Assembly (NCBI GenBank): GCA_900128565.1
Contig: LT635923.1
Coordinates: forward strand, 1-50,604
DNA length: 50,604 bases
Reading direction: 5' to 3'
Source of the DNA: Stramenopiles sp. TOSAG23-6
Taxonomy: Eukaryota
Shown one piece after another: positions 31,810-44,460 of the stretch (the stretch's first letter is position 1; each line of letters opens with the position of its first letter). Below the pieces are notes generated by a model that did not search any database, had not been told where the DNA came from, and saw nothing but the letters and a program-made list of their open reading frames with translations. The position numbers and the translations under genes were made by a program.

Positions 31810-33309
31810 ATGTCGTTGGAAAAACTGATAAATATCCATGTTTATATAGTCAGCTTTTTCTTATTGGCTGTTTGTGCGGCAGCAACAAAAGATTTTCCAC
31901 AATATTTTTCAGATAGACTTCCTATGCTAAATCCAATTCAACTGAAAGAAGCACATCCACAAGAAGGAAATAGTCCATACGGTTATGCTTGCGAACCCAC
32001 TGCAATCGGGGAAGCACTTGATAATGGTGATATACCTATCGATTTAACAAAGGAAGTCCAGATGAGCAAAATAGATTTCGATACTTTAAGTAGGAGATCT
32101 CTTTTTCATGATGGATATACAGGAGTCCAAGTTCCCAAAGAAGCTTTCGATCAAATAGAATTATCTCCGCCTCCGTCACATTCTACGTCGACGGGCGCAC
32201 AAGAAGTTAACAATAGACAAAAAATTTGGGAAGTGATAGAAAATCAAATAATTGATAGTGTACCACATTGTTGGCCGAAAAAGGGATTTATTGGGTTGTG
32301 TGATGAGTATGATGAAGCTGAGTGCTCGCGGTCTGATGATTGTCAGTGGTTTTCTGAACTCAGAGCAGTTTTAATCGATAACGTAAAACCTTTTCCCAAC
32401 AATGGGAAAACAGATATTGAGAAGATTCAAAGACTATCGTGTATGTTTAGAAATGCGTCATTAACATTCAGAGAAGCAGGAACTGGAATAATAGCAAATT
32501 TTTATCAGCATTATACAAAGGGTGGTGATACAAGATATACGGTATCTGTTGAGACAAGCGTTGATAGTTTCGTTGAAAAACTAAAGCATAATTTTAGAGC
32601 ACTTAGTCCTGTAGAAAGTCTTACACAATGTTCCGTAGAACCTCGGACTGATAATAGTTTCATTGCTATCCATAATGATCTCTTCGAGGTGAATCTCAGA
32701 AATCATTATGAGCAATGTGTTGATAGGCTGGTCTTTGATGACAATCAAAAGTTCTTTGTTGCTCTTGAAATGGCAAACTTTTGGACTACTCTTGACAATG
32801 TAATGACTGTCCAACCTCTCGGCATGAGAAGAAATAACGTCGGATGTGGTCCACTAGAGCCTGGTGGGTATCAAGATTGTGACGACGAATTAGTAAATAT
32901 AGTATTTTCTAACTTGACCAAGGGCCAAGGTTACCTATTTTTTACTGCATATGAGCAGCATTCTGCTTTACCAATTATGGATACAGAAATATTGGAAAAG
33001 TCATCATCTAAAAAATTTGAGCGGACTAGTATGGAGTTCCGCTTCTTTTTTTTGGCAAAGAATCCTAGAGAGGATCATCCAACTCTTCACATGACAATGC
33101 ATGATAAAGACAAATGGTATGAGTCTACGACTAGTACATTGTACCCCCTCCAACGAGATAAAATGTGTTGGAAGAACAAACACGAAAAGGATGATTTAGT
33201 TTTAGATGCATCAATTGTAGATTATTGTGGTAAAGATTTAGCAAGTATGGCCATCGTTCATGCTATACCTGCTTCAGAAGAAGCAACCTTCCGGCTTCCG
33301 GGAGGATGA
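31810..33309 (+). CDS. Signal-peptide CmcJ/AsaB-like oxygenase, right copy
   Basis: Mirror of 17296-18795. Confidence 0.55.
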   Translation: MSLEKLINIHVYIVSFFLLAVCAAATKDFPQYFSDRLPMLNPIQLKEAHPQEGNSPYGYACEPTAIGEALDNGDIPIDLTKEVQMSKIDFDTLSRRSLFHDGYTGVQVPKEAFDQIELSPPPSHSTSTGAQEVNNRQKIWEVIENQIIDSVPHCWPKKGFIGLCDEYDEAECSRSDDCQWFSELRAVLIDNVKPFPNNGKTDIEKIQRLSCMFRNASLTFREAGTGIIANFYQHYTKGGDTRYTVSVETSVDSFVEKLKHNFRALSPVESLTQCSVEPRTDNSFIAIHNDLFEVNLRNHYEQCVDRLVFDDNQKFFVALEMANFWTTLDNVMTVQPLGMRRNNVGCGPLEPGGYQDCDDELVNIVFSNLTKGQGYLFFTAYEQHSALPIMDTEILEKSSSKKFERTSMEFRFFFLAKNPREDHPTLHMTMHDKDKWYESTTSTLYPLQRDKMCWKNKHEKDDLVLDASIVDYCGKDLASMAIVHAIPASEEATFRLPGG

Positions 33310-33769
33310 TAGCATGGATACTGCGGATCCTTTTCATGCTGCGTATGCTGATAATGACATTTGAAATTAAATAAAATTAAAAAAATTAAAAATTAAATTG
33401 GCTGAAAAATTATTGTATATATAGTGTCGTTTGATGTATATAAATAAGGATTTTCGGTTTTTTGCAGGTTTGTGGCTGAGTGAATGAAAAATGGCTGAGT
33501 GAATTCTCTTGATGGAATTGTTTGAATTGTTTCGTGAAACGAGGAAGTCGAACTCATTCTAGATGAGGAAAAAACACGAAAAATACTGACGGCCGACGGC
33601 GCCTTTTTTTGAGACCCGTGGTCAAAAAAAAGAAGAAGGAACTGTAGAGAGAGAAATCTTGAGAGAATTAAAATCTCTAATAATTATAAAATTCCAAAGG
33701 CATTGTCTCTATCATTTAAAGTCCTTATTTATTTGTCTTCGATAGGTGCATTATAAGCTTTTCTTTGGA

Positions 33770-34024
33770 ATGGCTTCTCAAGATGAAGCTTATTTAATCG
33801 TAGAATTTGATAGTTCAGTAGATAAAAGTTTAATTTCAGGCCCGTATGAGTTTCTCGATCTTGACACTGAAGCACCTCGTGTTCAGGTGAGTGGCCAGTG
33901 GTTAGTAGGAAAATATGAGCCAGTTATTGGTACATCAGCTATTTTCAATAAGGATAGCAGCGGAAACTGTAAATACTTTGGTCAGTCAACTAAAAAAATT
34001 ATATTTCGTCGACAAAGTGAGTAA
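33770..34024 (+). CDS. GTF3C6: TFIIIC subunit 6-like, right copy
   Basis: Mirror of 16581-16835. Confidence 0.7.
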   Translation: MASQDEAYLIVEFDSSVDKSLISGPYEFLDLDTEAPRVQVSGQWLVGKYEPVIGTSAIFNKDSSGNCKYFGQSTKKIIFRRQSE

Positions 34025-34180
34025 TCTAATATTAAAACAAACACCCTCAAACAAGCAAGAGTAATGGATATAATAAAACTGTTACTACATATTGAAATTT
34101 ATTGTAATTTAAAAAACATCTACAATAGTAAAGGCATATGTACTACTCCTACATACGGATCGCCTCACCACTAGACACAT

Positions 34181-35287
34181 TCAACCCCCTGAGATATAAT
34201 CCCAGTGTTGTTCTTTTTTCCCAAAAAGTTTGTTAAGAGTCGAACAATGACTAAGAGATAGAGATCTAGCTTTTTTTAACAAAGTTTCTCTCTTCTTTAC
34301 AGATCGCATTCGTTGTGCTCTCATTATCATTTGCCGTTTCTCTTGTTTCTGACTATAGCATTTTCCTTGAAGATCTCTTAAATAATCCTGTTCTACCAAA
34401 TTCGAAATTTTTCTCGCATAATGCGAACTTTCCATTTTATTTTTTGTTCTATCAGACACGTAGAAATGGATACCCCGTTTCGTACGATATGGATACACAT
34501 AATCATTTTGTTGGATAAAAGAATATGATTGCTGAGGTTGATCAAAAGGGAGAGAAAACCACGACATGACGAATAACATTAATAAAGGAAGAAAATGAAT
34601 AAGTTGACCTAAACCGAGTCCTTGAACATTATTATGGTGAGGGTTTCTTCTCTGTCCACGTTGTCTGTGAACAAATCTAGGCCCCCCACCATTAAAAAAC
34701 ATATTAAATATATCTTCAGGATCCATGTACTCTTGACTTCCACCACCTCCACGACGATATGATCGAACAGGATTGTCAGTCCCATATCTGTCATATTTTT
34801 TTCGTTTTTCTGGATCTATAAGTGTTGCATAAGCAGCTGAAACATTCTTGAAAGCTAGCTCTGCGGAAGGTGCTTTGTTCTTGTCGGGGTGCACTTTCAT
34901 GGAAAGTTTTCGGTATGCTTTCTTTATAACATTATCTGCGGCATTTCTTGGGACACCCAAGATTTTATAATAATCAGTATGAGAGTTGATTTCTTTTGCT
35001 ATAGTTTCTTGTTCAGGTCTGTAGGATCCATGAGTTTTACTACGTTGTGGACCACTACTAGACTTCTTTGTTGACCGCTGCTGTGCAGTAGATGCTCCCG
35101 ATGACGCACTACTCTGTGGAGGCTCACGTTTACGGGCTTTAGTGAGAAGTTCTTGAGTTCCTGGCAAAGGACACAGACGTTCAGACTTTTCAAAGAACTT
35201 TATTGCTTTGTCAAAGTTTCCAGAATTTAAAGCCGATTGACCTATGAGGCGACATTTTGAAGATTGATCGCGATCAAAATCACTCAT
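34181..35287 (-). CDS. DNAJB12: DNAJB12/14-like co-chaperone, right copy
   Basis: Mirror of 15318-16424. Confidence 0.92.
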   Translation of the reverse strand: MSDFDRDQSSKCRLIGQSALNSGNFDKAIKFFEKSERLCPLPGTQELLTKARKREPPQSSASSGASTAQQRSTKKSSSGPQRSKTHGSYRPEQETIAKEINSHTDYYKILGVPRNAADNVIKKAYRKLSMKVHPDKNKAPSAELAFKNVSAAYATLIDPEKRKKYDRYGTDNPVRSYRRGGGGSQEYMDPEDIFNMFFNGGGPRFVHRQRGQRRNPHHNNVQGLGLGQLIHFLPLLMLFVMSWFSLPFDQPQQSYSFIQQNDYVYPYRTKRGIHFYVSDRTKNKMESSHYARKISNLVEQDYLRDLQGKCYSQKQEKRQMIMRAQRMRSVKKRETLLKKARSLSLSHCSTLNKLFGKKEQHWDYISGG

Positions 35288-35673
35288 TGTAAAAAGACTC
35301 TTTGTAACTATTTATCTCATTACATATAATATAATTGATGAAAGTTGAAGTAAGGAATATTGTTGTCCCGGTGGTGGTGGTGGTGGTGAGAAGAAGCGAA
35401 GAAGCCTACGTAACCCTAACCCTAATACGACGATTTTTTCGGGCCAATCAATGACATTGTAGGTAGGGTTAGGGTTTAGGGTTAGGATAACACGCGTCAA
35501 ATTTTCTGAGATACCTCGTCGTGACGTCGTCAAGACTTCTACTTGTATAGTTGTACTATTTAATATCTGTGTGTGGTAAACTCACTTTTCGAGTATAGGT
35601 AGACATACAAGCCTAATACATTCCATAAAAGTCAAGCATGTATTTGGTGTAATAACTTTGGCACGTGCGTGTA

Positions 35674-37044
35674 ATGACAAAGTATCGCGTTCGGATTGGT
35701 GATTCGTTCTTTCATGGAGATAGCAGGAGTGCTTTGGATAAGACTACTAGTACTGATGCAACCAAATATTTTACTTTCCGTTACCAATGTAAACCGGAGA
35801 GTGTATCCACTGAAGAGCCAACATCAATTAGACTTCGGCAAAAACAGACTGATGTAGAATGGGGAAAAAATGTTTTAAAAGGAAGGCATGATGAAGTGAA
35901 AACGACTGGTCAGATGAATTCTCCAACTACTGGTGACTGCATTCTCGTCTTTGACTCGACGAAAAACGAGTTCGTGCTTCAACGCATTCATCATAATGTA
36001 CACAGCCTACGACACATACGCACTGAAAATGGACTCAACACATCCGTTTCCAAAACACTTCAAAAAAATCCTCGGCGGCGAAGGTTGAAACGTCGAAATT
36101 CCGAATTGACAAGAAGTAACCCTAACCCTAATTCTGAATTGACAAGAAGTACACGTTGTGAGAACTCTGGTGATAGTTCAAAAAAGCGAATAAAGGAATC
36201 TCCTTTGGTAGTACTAGATAATATATCGAAATCATCCCTCTCAAACTCAAGTACAGCAGTAGATTATACCCCTAACCCTAATACCTCTAATCCTAATAAC
36301 TCAAGTAAAGCACCAGATGCATTTGGTAAATTGCTTCGTATTCAACGCCTCCTTGGTGAAGCTTCAAAAGCACATGATTGCTCAGTATACTCCGCGCTAG
36401 AAGAGAAGAGAAAAAACCTTGTTCGTAGACATTTTCCAAAAAAAAGTACCCAAAATGTTTTGAATTCGGTTGGATGTGACAAATCTGGAAGTGTTTCTAG
36501 TAGTGGCAATAGTGATAGTGAAAATAGTGAAAATGAAATTATTGGTGATATGAAAATAAATGCTGATAGCAATAGTGGTAGTAGTATTGACAGTGCAAGT
36601 GATAATGATGAAGCTAGCGCAAGTGGTAATAATAATAGCTCAAGTAGCGATAGTGAAAATGAAATTATTGGTGATATGAAAATAAATACAGATAGCAATA
36701 GTGGTAGTAGTAGTGACAGTGCAAGTGATAATGATGCTAGCGCAAGTGATGATGATGCTAGCGCAAGTGATGATGATGCTAGCGCAAGTGATGATGATGG
36801 TAGTAATAGTGATGATGCTAATACAAGTGACAATGATTCTAATAATAGTGATGATGCTAATACAAGTGATGATGACGCTAATACAAGTGATGAAAATGCT
36901 AATATAAGTGATGAAAATACAAGTGATGATAATGCTAGTGCAAGTGATGAAAATACAAGTGATGATAATGCTAGTGCAAGTGATGATGATGCTAATAATA
37001 GTGATGACGATAATGGTATTAGATGTGATGACGAAGACGGATAG
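35674..37044 (+). CDS. EAF: EAF-domain protein, right copy
   Basis: Mirror of 13561-14931. Confidence 0.75.
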   Translation: MTKYRVRIGDSFFHGDSRSALDKTTSTDATKYFTFRYQCKPESVSTEEPTSIRLRQKQTDVEWGKNVLKGRHDEVKTTGQMNSPTTGDCILVFDSTKNEFVLQRIHHNVHSLRHIRTENGLNTSVSKTLQKNPRRRRLKRRNSELTRSNPNPNSELTRSTRCENSGDSSKKRIKESPLVVLDNISKSSLSNSSTAVDYTPNPNTSNPNNSSKAPDAFGKLLRIQRLLGEASKAHDCSVYSALEEKRKNLVRRHFPKKSTQNVLNSVGCDKSGSVSSSGNSDSENSENEIIGDMKINADSNSGSSIDSASDNDEASASGNNNSSSSDSENEIIGDMKINTDSNSGSSSDSASDNDASASDDDASASDDDASASDDDGSNSDDANTSDNDSNNSDDANTSDDDANTSDENANISDENTSDDNASASDENTSDDNASASDDDANNSDDDNGIRCDDEDG

Positions 37045-37141
37045 TATTAGAGGATGTCAATTTTAGCAGCATATCATAGTTTTAAACAAATAAATCAAGT
37101 ATGATATCAACTAAAAACAAATACACTTATATTGTACACAT

Positions 37142-37600
37142 TTATAGAGATTTTACGAGATATTGCTTTACAGATTTAAATAGTCTATCCTTATCAACAA
37201 AATTCCCCCCTGGATCTTGAAATCCTATATATTTGTAGAAGTTACTTACTTCTCTGGGGGACAAATTATTTCCCATGGAACAAAGTATTTCTTGAAGTTG
37301 CTTCCCAGTCAGTTTATTGGTCCCATCTGGATCTATCTTGTTCAGTGGATTATTTTGCCTTGCTAAAAACTCGGAAAAGTTCGGTGGAGCACAAGATATT
37401 CTCTTATTCATAATTGATATAAAGTCCGATTTTGAAAACTTCTGTTGATTCTTAATTTCCTGTAAATCCTTTTCAGTTGTAAAACCTCCAAATTTACAAA
37501 GAGCACGTAATCCTTTACAAATGTCCTCGGCTTCAACTGTTCTACTACCTTTAACTGCGATACAATCCCACGTAGCTTCAATTATTTCAGTAAGTTCCAT
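37142..37600 (-). CDS. Calmodulin-like EF-hand protein, right copy
   Basis: Mirror of 13005-13463. Confidence 0.7.
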   Translation of the reverse strand: MELTEIIEATWDCIAVKGSRTVEAEDICKGLRALCKFGGFTTEKDLQEIKNQQKFSKSDFISIMNKRISCAPPNFSEFLARQNNPLNKIDPDGTNKLTGKQLQEILCSMGNNLSPREVSNFYKYIGFQDPGGNFVDKDRLFKSVKQYLVKSL

Positions 37601-37920
37601 GCTCGCAGATTTCAATAATATCTCTGTCCAATAAATAAAAGCTACCACTCCTATTAATACAAATACTATCCGTATAACTACTATAGTACGTATAGTCCGT
37701 ATCTTGGTGATAGACGTTTTTTTCGAGCGTTTCTTCTGTGTTTCTGTAACTGTTTTTTTTTGCGGTCAGAATCTAAGATCACTTCTAAGATCACTTCATT
37801 GATTGGCAATTAAATAGACTACTGGTAATTACCCAAAATATTACTACATGAGTATGCGATATCTATTGAAATAATGACTCACTTATAATGTTTCTATAGT
37901 AAGCAATTTTGAACGTGGAT

Positions 37921-40900
37921 ATGGAGATATCACCTACAGACAAGTCAGGTCGGGGTAAAATAACCGCGACAAATGAGAAGGATTCGACAGTAGTGATAAA
38001 CAGCGTTAAAAGGAAGCAAACAAAAGCAAGAAAAGAGTCAATGAAAAAAAGGAAATCAAGGAAGAAAACCCGGAATCGATCGAGAAGTAAATCAAGGAGT
38101 AAATCAAGGAGTAAATCAAGGAGTCGAAAGAGAAGGTCGGTATCTGCAAAATCAAAAAAAGTAAAGAAGAAAAATAGAGGCAATTTGTCTGAGCTAAGTA
38201 ACAAAAATGACGACCTTAACAAAAGTAATAGACTTAGTGTTGGAAATGAAAGGAAGTCAGACTCAGACATAGAGTTGGATGAAGATATAGAATTCATCAA
38301 ACGCGAGGAAGAGCGATTTCGTTCAGAGGCAAAAGCAGAAGAATCGAGTCACTCTGAAGTTGAAGACACACTCTCCCAAGCAGCAAAAGTTTCAGTTTCA
38401 GCTCCAAAGAGACGTTTTGTATTCTCAGACTTCCGAAACAGTGGAACGGAACAAGTAAAAGTCATCGATGAATCAGATAATGCACCACCACCTCCTAACT
38501 TTAAACTAGAACCAGTGTCATTCTTTAAGAAAAGAGCACAGGAAGCACTCCGGCATAAATTAAAAGAACAGTTAGAAAGACAGGGAAAAAAACTTGATAT
38601 ATTTCGTGCCCAGTTCGATGACCCCGAAGTTCCTGTTTCCGAAAAAGTAGAGCTTCGAAATAATATATTTCCAAAAATGCAAGCATCCTATGGAAGTACG
38701 GCAAGGCGACTTGGAATGGTAGAAGCTAAGCTTGGTACAGTAGAATCTACTGAGAGCTGTATAAAACATTTGACACTAGCACATGAATTCGGCCAAAGCA
38801 ATGCCAACTCAAGTCGCAAACTTGGATCATGCTGCATGCGCTTGTGGAAAGACGCAGACACAATAGAAAATAGAAAAAGATCCTTAATTCAACAAGCTTT
38901 TGTTGCATATACTTCTGCCATGAAACATATAGAAAATTTTACAAATCCAGAAGTACTTTTAGAAGTTTCTGAGGTATATATACGTTGGGGTGCATTTAAG
39001 GATGCAGCGAAACTTCTTGGGAAAATTATAGAAAACTTTGAAGATTTTGCCAAAATTAATGAAGCAATTTATTTAGCCGCCGTATGCTTAATACAGTTGA
39101 AAGAACTTGGACGTGCATTAGAGTACATTACATACATACTAGATGATCCACCTACTGGTCTTTCAGAAGGCGATCTTTTACTTCAATTATCTCGAGTTCT
39201 TCAAATGAAAATATCTGCAAAATATGGTGATGATATTACCAAAGCAGGACCCGAAGAACGGATTGGGATTCGAGAATCCTTTGAGAGTGCCTTCTATCGC
39301 TTAAAGCCTCCTGGGTATCGGAAACCTCTTAAAACATGGCTTAGTGATCCTGATAGGTGGTGGGATCGAGGAAAACGGTATTATAGAAGACGTTTCTTTC
39401 ATTTGGCAGCTGATAGTATGCAACAGGCAATGAAATGTCATCATGCGTATGGTACGGACTTCAGTGCACAGCAGTGGGCGGAATTTGCAGATTGTTGCTG
39501 GGCGGTACCTTTGGAAGAACAGTCTCAGTATGCTGCTACAATGGCGTTTCACTATGACGCCTATAATTCTCGTGCAAGAGGTCAAGTGTACACATTAGCG
39601 TACGATTTTTATGGCCAACAAATAGATGCTGAAAACCAGTGTATAATTCCTCTACAACAACTTATTAGAGGTTACCTGATGCGCATATTATTTAAAAAAC
39701 ATATTAAAGCTCGACAGATACAGTGTATGATTCGTATGTCTAATGCGCGCCACTTAATGTTCCGCCATTGGTACAGTCGGGAGATTCAACGAATTCTTCG
39801 TGGATGGTTTGGAAGAAACAAAGCCAAAGATCGAATGCGTATGAAAAGAATAGATATTCTACAAAATACTCGAAAACTTATACTACAGTCTAGAGATGGT
39901 ATCAAGCGTTTAGGTTGGATAAAGTGGATAGAAATGATAGAATGGCAGCGGCGATACGAACGTATATGTCGGAAATATGCAAATACTACATTACAAGGTA
40001 TGTTTGACGAGTGGAAAGAAAATGTAATTACATTGCAAGAAGAACGCAGAGATGAGCTCAATGATAGCAAGGCCGGAGCATTCTTAAAACGAATGCGTAA
40101 TAGGGAAATACATACGACATTCAATCTGTGGAAAATATTTACAGAAAAAATGTTGGAAGTGAAGCGAAGATTCCGTCGTTCTGTTGGAGGTCTTTTGACT
40201 CGTTGCTTTAGTGCATGGATAGAATACAAAAATATCATGATTACAAGGACTAAGAATCGCGCAGCTTCAAAACTAACCAGGTTTGTTAAACAAAGCATTT
40301 GTTATTGGAAGCATCGTTCGCCACAATTTCTTGATTGGGATCCACTTGGAGAAATTCCTGAAATTGCAGAAAGGCACGAACTAGAGCAACCTATTGAACT
40401 AATGATTGCTTTGCATAGGGCAAAGACAGTTGGCACTTGTAGGTTGCCTCAGCGTATACTAAATATAAGAGAACTAGATGATATTTTTAGTGTGGCTCAG
40501 CATTTGGTGATTGATTCTTCCTTCTTAACTCCATCTGATGCTAATGTATTGGCTTCTATATTACGGAAAGGAACTGCTAATAACAATGAGGATATATCGT
40601 CTATAGAAAGGAAAGGTACTAATGATAACAGTGGAGACATATCAGCTAAAAAAACGGAATCTAAAATAAGTTCATGTAATGTAAAAACATTGTTGCTCTA
40701 TAATACTTATATTGGGAATGCAGGACTTACATCAATTGCAGCAGCTATACAAGAAACTAAGCATCCTTCGCTGACTTCTTTAGCTGTGGGTAATGGTCGA
40801 TTTGGGTGCAAAGGAATTTGCGCAATAAGTAGAGCCATTCGATCTGGATCAGGTCATTCGATTCAGCATTTATTCATCGATGGCTGTTACGGTGGCGATG

Positions 40901-41934
40901 CGGCGGCTCATGCACTCGCGGATGGTTTACGCACAGGGCAATCAAAGTTAATAGAGCTACAGCTCAGTAATGCCAATGTTGGTGATATAGGAGGCTCAAG
41001 ACTTGGCAGAGCTCTTTCGGGGACGTACACCCTTCGTATTCTGGATATAAGCAACAATTGTATCAGTGACAAGGGTGCTACCGGACTTGCAAAAGGTTTA
41101 AGTAGCGAGTGGGGTAAATTAGAAATTTTGCGATTGTCTAATAATAATATTGGCGACAAAGGTGCACGTGCATTTTCCAAAGTTCTAGGAGATTACAGAA
41201 GTAATCATTTACAGGAAATTGATCTAGATGACAATTATATCGGCAATGGAGGCGCAGCTGCTCTTGCGCGATCTTTAGGTATCAATGGGAATTTGAGGTC
41301 AATGAAACTTCGTCGAAATAAAGTTGGAAGAAGCGCTTGCGTAGCATTTCATGATGTTATCAAGCGCAGTATATCTGGGCAAGTAAGCGGTGGAAAAAAA
41401 TTAATAGAATTGTGCCTCAATGGAAATGACGAAGCCGATATACATTTAGTTTCTGAAATTACGAACATGTTATTGAAACGCCAATTCAAAAGTGCGATAA
41501 ATGTATCACAAGCTGTAAATAATGAGAATAATGTTGCACCTTTTCAGTTAAAAAGTGACTTATATAAAAGCAAAGAATCCAAAGATATTTGGCCTACCGA
41601 CTTTGTGACAACTTCAAGCATTGAACTAGAAACGTTCAAAGACCAATTAAGTAATATTCTTAGTGATCAGAAATCTGGAAATGTTTCAAATGTTATATAC
41701 AATACTAAAACGTTTCTTCTTCCTTACGAAAGAGATATTGACGAAAAAGGGAATTTTGAGGTAGAAAGTCCAAGAAATACTAGTGAATTGTTGCCGCCTG
41801 CACTTGATCCTAAGCTTCCACTTGGTGCATCATATGATGGTATTGAAACCAGTACTATATCCAAGGAAGAGAAAAGGGAAGTAATGATGCATTTAACTAC
41901 AGAATATTTTATACCAAACAAAAGAAATAAATAA
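37921..41934 (+). CDS. TPR-IQ-SFI1-like-LRR protein, right copy
   Basis: Mirror of 8671-12684. Confidence 0.85.
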   Translation: MEISPTDKSGRGKITATNEKDSTVVINSVKRKQTKARKESMKKRKSRKKTRNRSRSKSRSKSRSKSRSRKRRSVSAKSKKVKKKNRGNLSELSNKNDDLNKSNRLSVGNERKSDSDIELDEDIEFIKREEERFRSEAKAEESSHSEVEDTLSQAAKVSVSAPKRRFVFSDFRNSGTEQVKVIDESDNAPPPPNFKLEPVSFFKKRAQEALRHKLKEQLERQGKKLDIFRAQFDDPEVPVSEKVELRNNIFPKMQASYGSTARRLGMVEAKLGTVESTESCIKHLTLAHEFGQSNANSSRKLGSCCMRLWKDADTIENRKRSLIQQAFVAYTSAMKHIENFTNPEVLLEVSEVYIRWGAFKDAAKLLGKIIENFEDFAKINEAIYLAAVCLIQLKELGRALEYITYILDDPPTGLSEGDLLLQLSRVLQMKISAKYGDDITKAGPEERIGIRESFESAFYRLKPPGYRKPLKTWLSDPDRWWDRGKRYYRRRFFHLAADSMQQAMKCHHAYGTDFSAQQWAEFADCCWAVPLEEQSQYAATMAFHYDAYNSRARGQVYTLAYDFYGQQIDAENQCIIPLQQLIRGYLMRILFKKHIKARQIQCMIRMSNARHLMFRHWYSREIQRILRGWFGRNKAKDRMRMKRIDILQNTRKLILQSRDGIKRLGWIKWIEMIEWQRRYERICRKYANTTLQGMFDEWKENVITLQEERRDELNDSKAGAFLKRMRNREIHTTFNLWKIFTEKMLEVKRRFRRSVGGLLTRCFSAWIEYKNIMITRTKNRAASKLTRFVKQSICYWKHRSPQFLDWDPLGEIPEIAERHELEQPIELMIALHRAKTVGTCRLPQRILNIRELDDIFSVAQHLVIDSSFLTPSDANVLASILRKGTANNNEDISSIERKGTNDNSGDISAKKTESKISSCNVKTLLLYNTYIGNAGLTSIAAAIQETKHPSLTSLAVGNGRFGCKGICAISRAIRSGSGHSIQHLFIDGCYGGDAAAHALADGLRTGQSKLIELQLSNANVGDIGGSRLGRALSGTYTLRILDISNNCISDKGATGLAKGLSSEWGKLEILRLSNNNIGDKGARAFSKVLGDYRSNHLQEIDLDDNYIGNGGAAALARSLGINGNLRSMKLRRNKVGRSACVAFHDVIKRSISGQVSGGKKLIELCLNGNDEADIHLVSEITNMLLKRQFKSAINVSQAVNNENNVAPFQLKSDLYKSKESKDIWPTDFVTTSSIELETFKDQLSNILSDQKSGNVSNVIYNTKTFLLPYERDIDEKGNFEVESPRNTSELLPPALDPKLPLGASYDGIETSTISKEEKREVMMHLTTEYFIPNKRNK

Positions 41935-42304
41935 TTAAATAATAATCAAAATATTTTTTTTCTCTTCCCGACTTTGACTAAACCCTAACCCTAAATCGAA
42001 ATAATAATCGCGAATTATTTTCGCTGTCATTTTCTCCCATTTTCTCTGATTCTTGAAGTCATGTACCACAGTCGCTATTTATAATACGGGTACCACGTAA
42101 TCTACAACAGCCTCAATTGTTCTATATTCTTCGACTTCAAGGTCATTCTAAGTAAGCAAGAACTGGAAGGTACATACTCTGTATGACAAAGAGATACAGA
42201 TGAATACATGAAGAAATCATTCGTGGACTGTGATAGCGACCATAGTATTGAAACAATCAGAATTATTCAACGCTAGTCCCTTCTCTTTAAACAATTACTA
42301 CTAA

Positions 42305-44039
42305 ATGACTGTACGAAAAATCAAAGATCATGTAAGTACTTCTAACTATGCACAGCGTTGCAACGTTTGCTTTTTAGAAATATCTTGTCTTTCAAATATA
42401 TTTGTAACAAGTTGTAAGCACTTTATTTGCAAAAAGTGTTTAAACTCCAACTACTACCAGAAAAACCGATGTCAGGTATGTGATGTTGCTTCTTGTATGT
42501 TCATCAACTTAGGTTCTTCAGATGTACCAGATGAGGTTTCTCGAAAAGTCCTTGGTAATCCAGAAACTATAGAGGCCGGTGTATTAGAAATCCGCGAGTT
42601 CCAGCAAAAGCAGGTTGCGTTGTATTTGGCTCATCTTGAGAAGGAAAAATCCAAATTGAGTAAAGAAAATTCAGAGTTAAAAAAATATCAGGAACAACTC
42701 GAGACGAAAACGAAATCTCTCCAAGCGCAAGCTCAAAATGCTTCAGTATCGAATCATCCTATTAATAAATCCTCACTCTCAGTACGGCAACGTGTGCGTG
42801 TTTATCATAAATTTAAAATTCAGATGTTGTTTTCGTACGTAATTGTGTACCTAACGATATTTTTTTTGGAAATATTTTCTCACAAAACGTGACACCAGAC
42901 AATGTACAAGTCAACAACCACTCAATACTTTGGGTGGTCGAAAGAGAATAAAACAACTCTTCAATAAGAGTAACACACCAAAAAATAAATCCTATTTGAT
43001 AAACATGAACAAAAATGACGTCACAGACTCCTCTCAAGAGAAAGAGAAATATATAGCAACAACACCAAAAAATAATCATTATAATCCAAATAATGCTTCT
43101 TTCTCTACTCAATTTCGTACCCCAGTAGCTCTATCTGATACAATACTATCTTCCCAAGGCTCTGAGAAAAATTCATTCCGGAAAACACAAAACATATTCA
43201 CTCCATCTCGTAGAATGATGTCTTCAAGTAGAATGAATAGAAATATTCAAGAGTTTCAAAGACAATCACCACATCAAATGGTACNAAGACAATCACCACA
43301 TCAAATGGTACAAAGACAATCGTCAAATTTGTTATCTGTATCTCGCAGAGGCATCAATCCAAGTCAAATGTCTGTTAGTAAAAGCCAAAGACATTTTAAT
43401 AAAACACCAAATCGTAATGTAAATAAAACCCCTTCACAATATTCAGTGACATCGCTATTACGGAAAAGATCTCGAGTTCGCGATGCAACATTGACACCGT
43501 CACCATGTAGAGCTCGAAAGTTAATCAATAATAGAAACAATACGAATACAATGAATAACAGCAGAAATATTTCTACAAATTCACAGTTTCGTAATTCAAG
43601 GAAATCTGGAGATTTTTCTAATGTTCAAAAAGTAGAAAATAATAATAAAAAAAATTGTGCTATTCCAAAATTGCACAAAGTGTCACGAAATAATAATCCA
43701 CCATTTACAAATTGTCAGAAAATACCAATAAATGGCAGAAAGACATTGGATGAAATGTCACGAAATAATAAAATATCAATAAATGGCAGAAAGACATTGG
43801 ATGAAATGTCACGAAATAATAATAGCAAACAAATTGATAATTTAAAGAAACATACTACTACAGTGACACCTTCACGAAATATCTCAGAGCAATCGTCATT
43901 AAAAACTCCAAAGCGCCCTCGAGTTTTAAAACATCGATTTGCGAATTTTCGTCGTAGAGCTAAAAGAACTCCAGGATTTCGCAATGAACATGGTACAGTA
44001 TCATCAAGTTTTCCAAGGACTCCGAAGCAACTTTTATAA
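42305..44039 (+). CDS. RNF212/Zip3-like RING protein; exons 42305-42793 and 42891-44039, right copy
   Basis: Mirror of 6566-8300. Confidence 0.65.
42794..42890 (+). other. Intron-family element E (97 nt, GT...GT; AACGTG direct repeat spans both junctions)
   Basis: GTGCGTGTTT...TACCTAAC(42848-42855)...CTCACAAAACGT; phase 0; first downstream AG (42897-42898) is out of frame with the nearby GT donors. Confidence 0.7.
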
Positions 44040-44460
44040 GTGCATTATAATTCTTCAAATGTGTTATTATTCAATACTATAGGTAAAATAAAAACAATGT
44101 GTTATTATTCAATACTATAGGTAAAATAAAAACACTTGTATATACTTTTGGTTTTCATGCATTTATTATATGGATGACAAATTTGAAATTGAATCTTTAA
44201 TAAATTTCGCACAATGGAAGTTTTAGAGTTTGCTTATCCCTCCATGACAATATTCCTTTTTGTATTAACTTTATGGAAAGTGCGACCAGGATATATTATT
44301 TACTCTTTAAATGAATATTTTTTGTCTTTTGCCTCCATCAATTTTTCTTAAACGACTATTTTCTAACTATTTTCTAATTCTAATTTTTCTTAAACGACTA
44401 TTTTCTAATTCTAATTCAGAACGTTTTTTCCTTTCTGATTCCAAAGCATAGACTAAATCT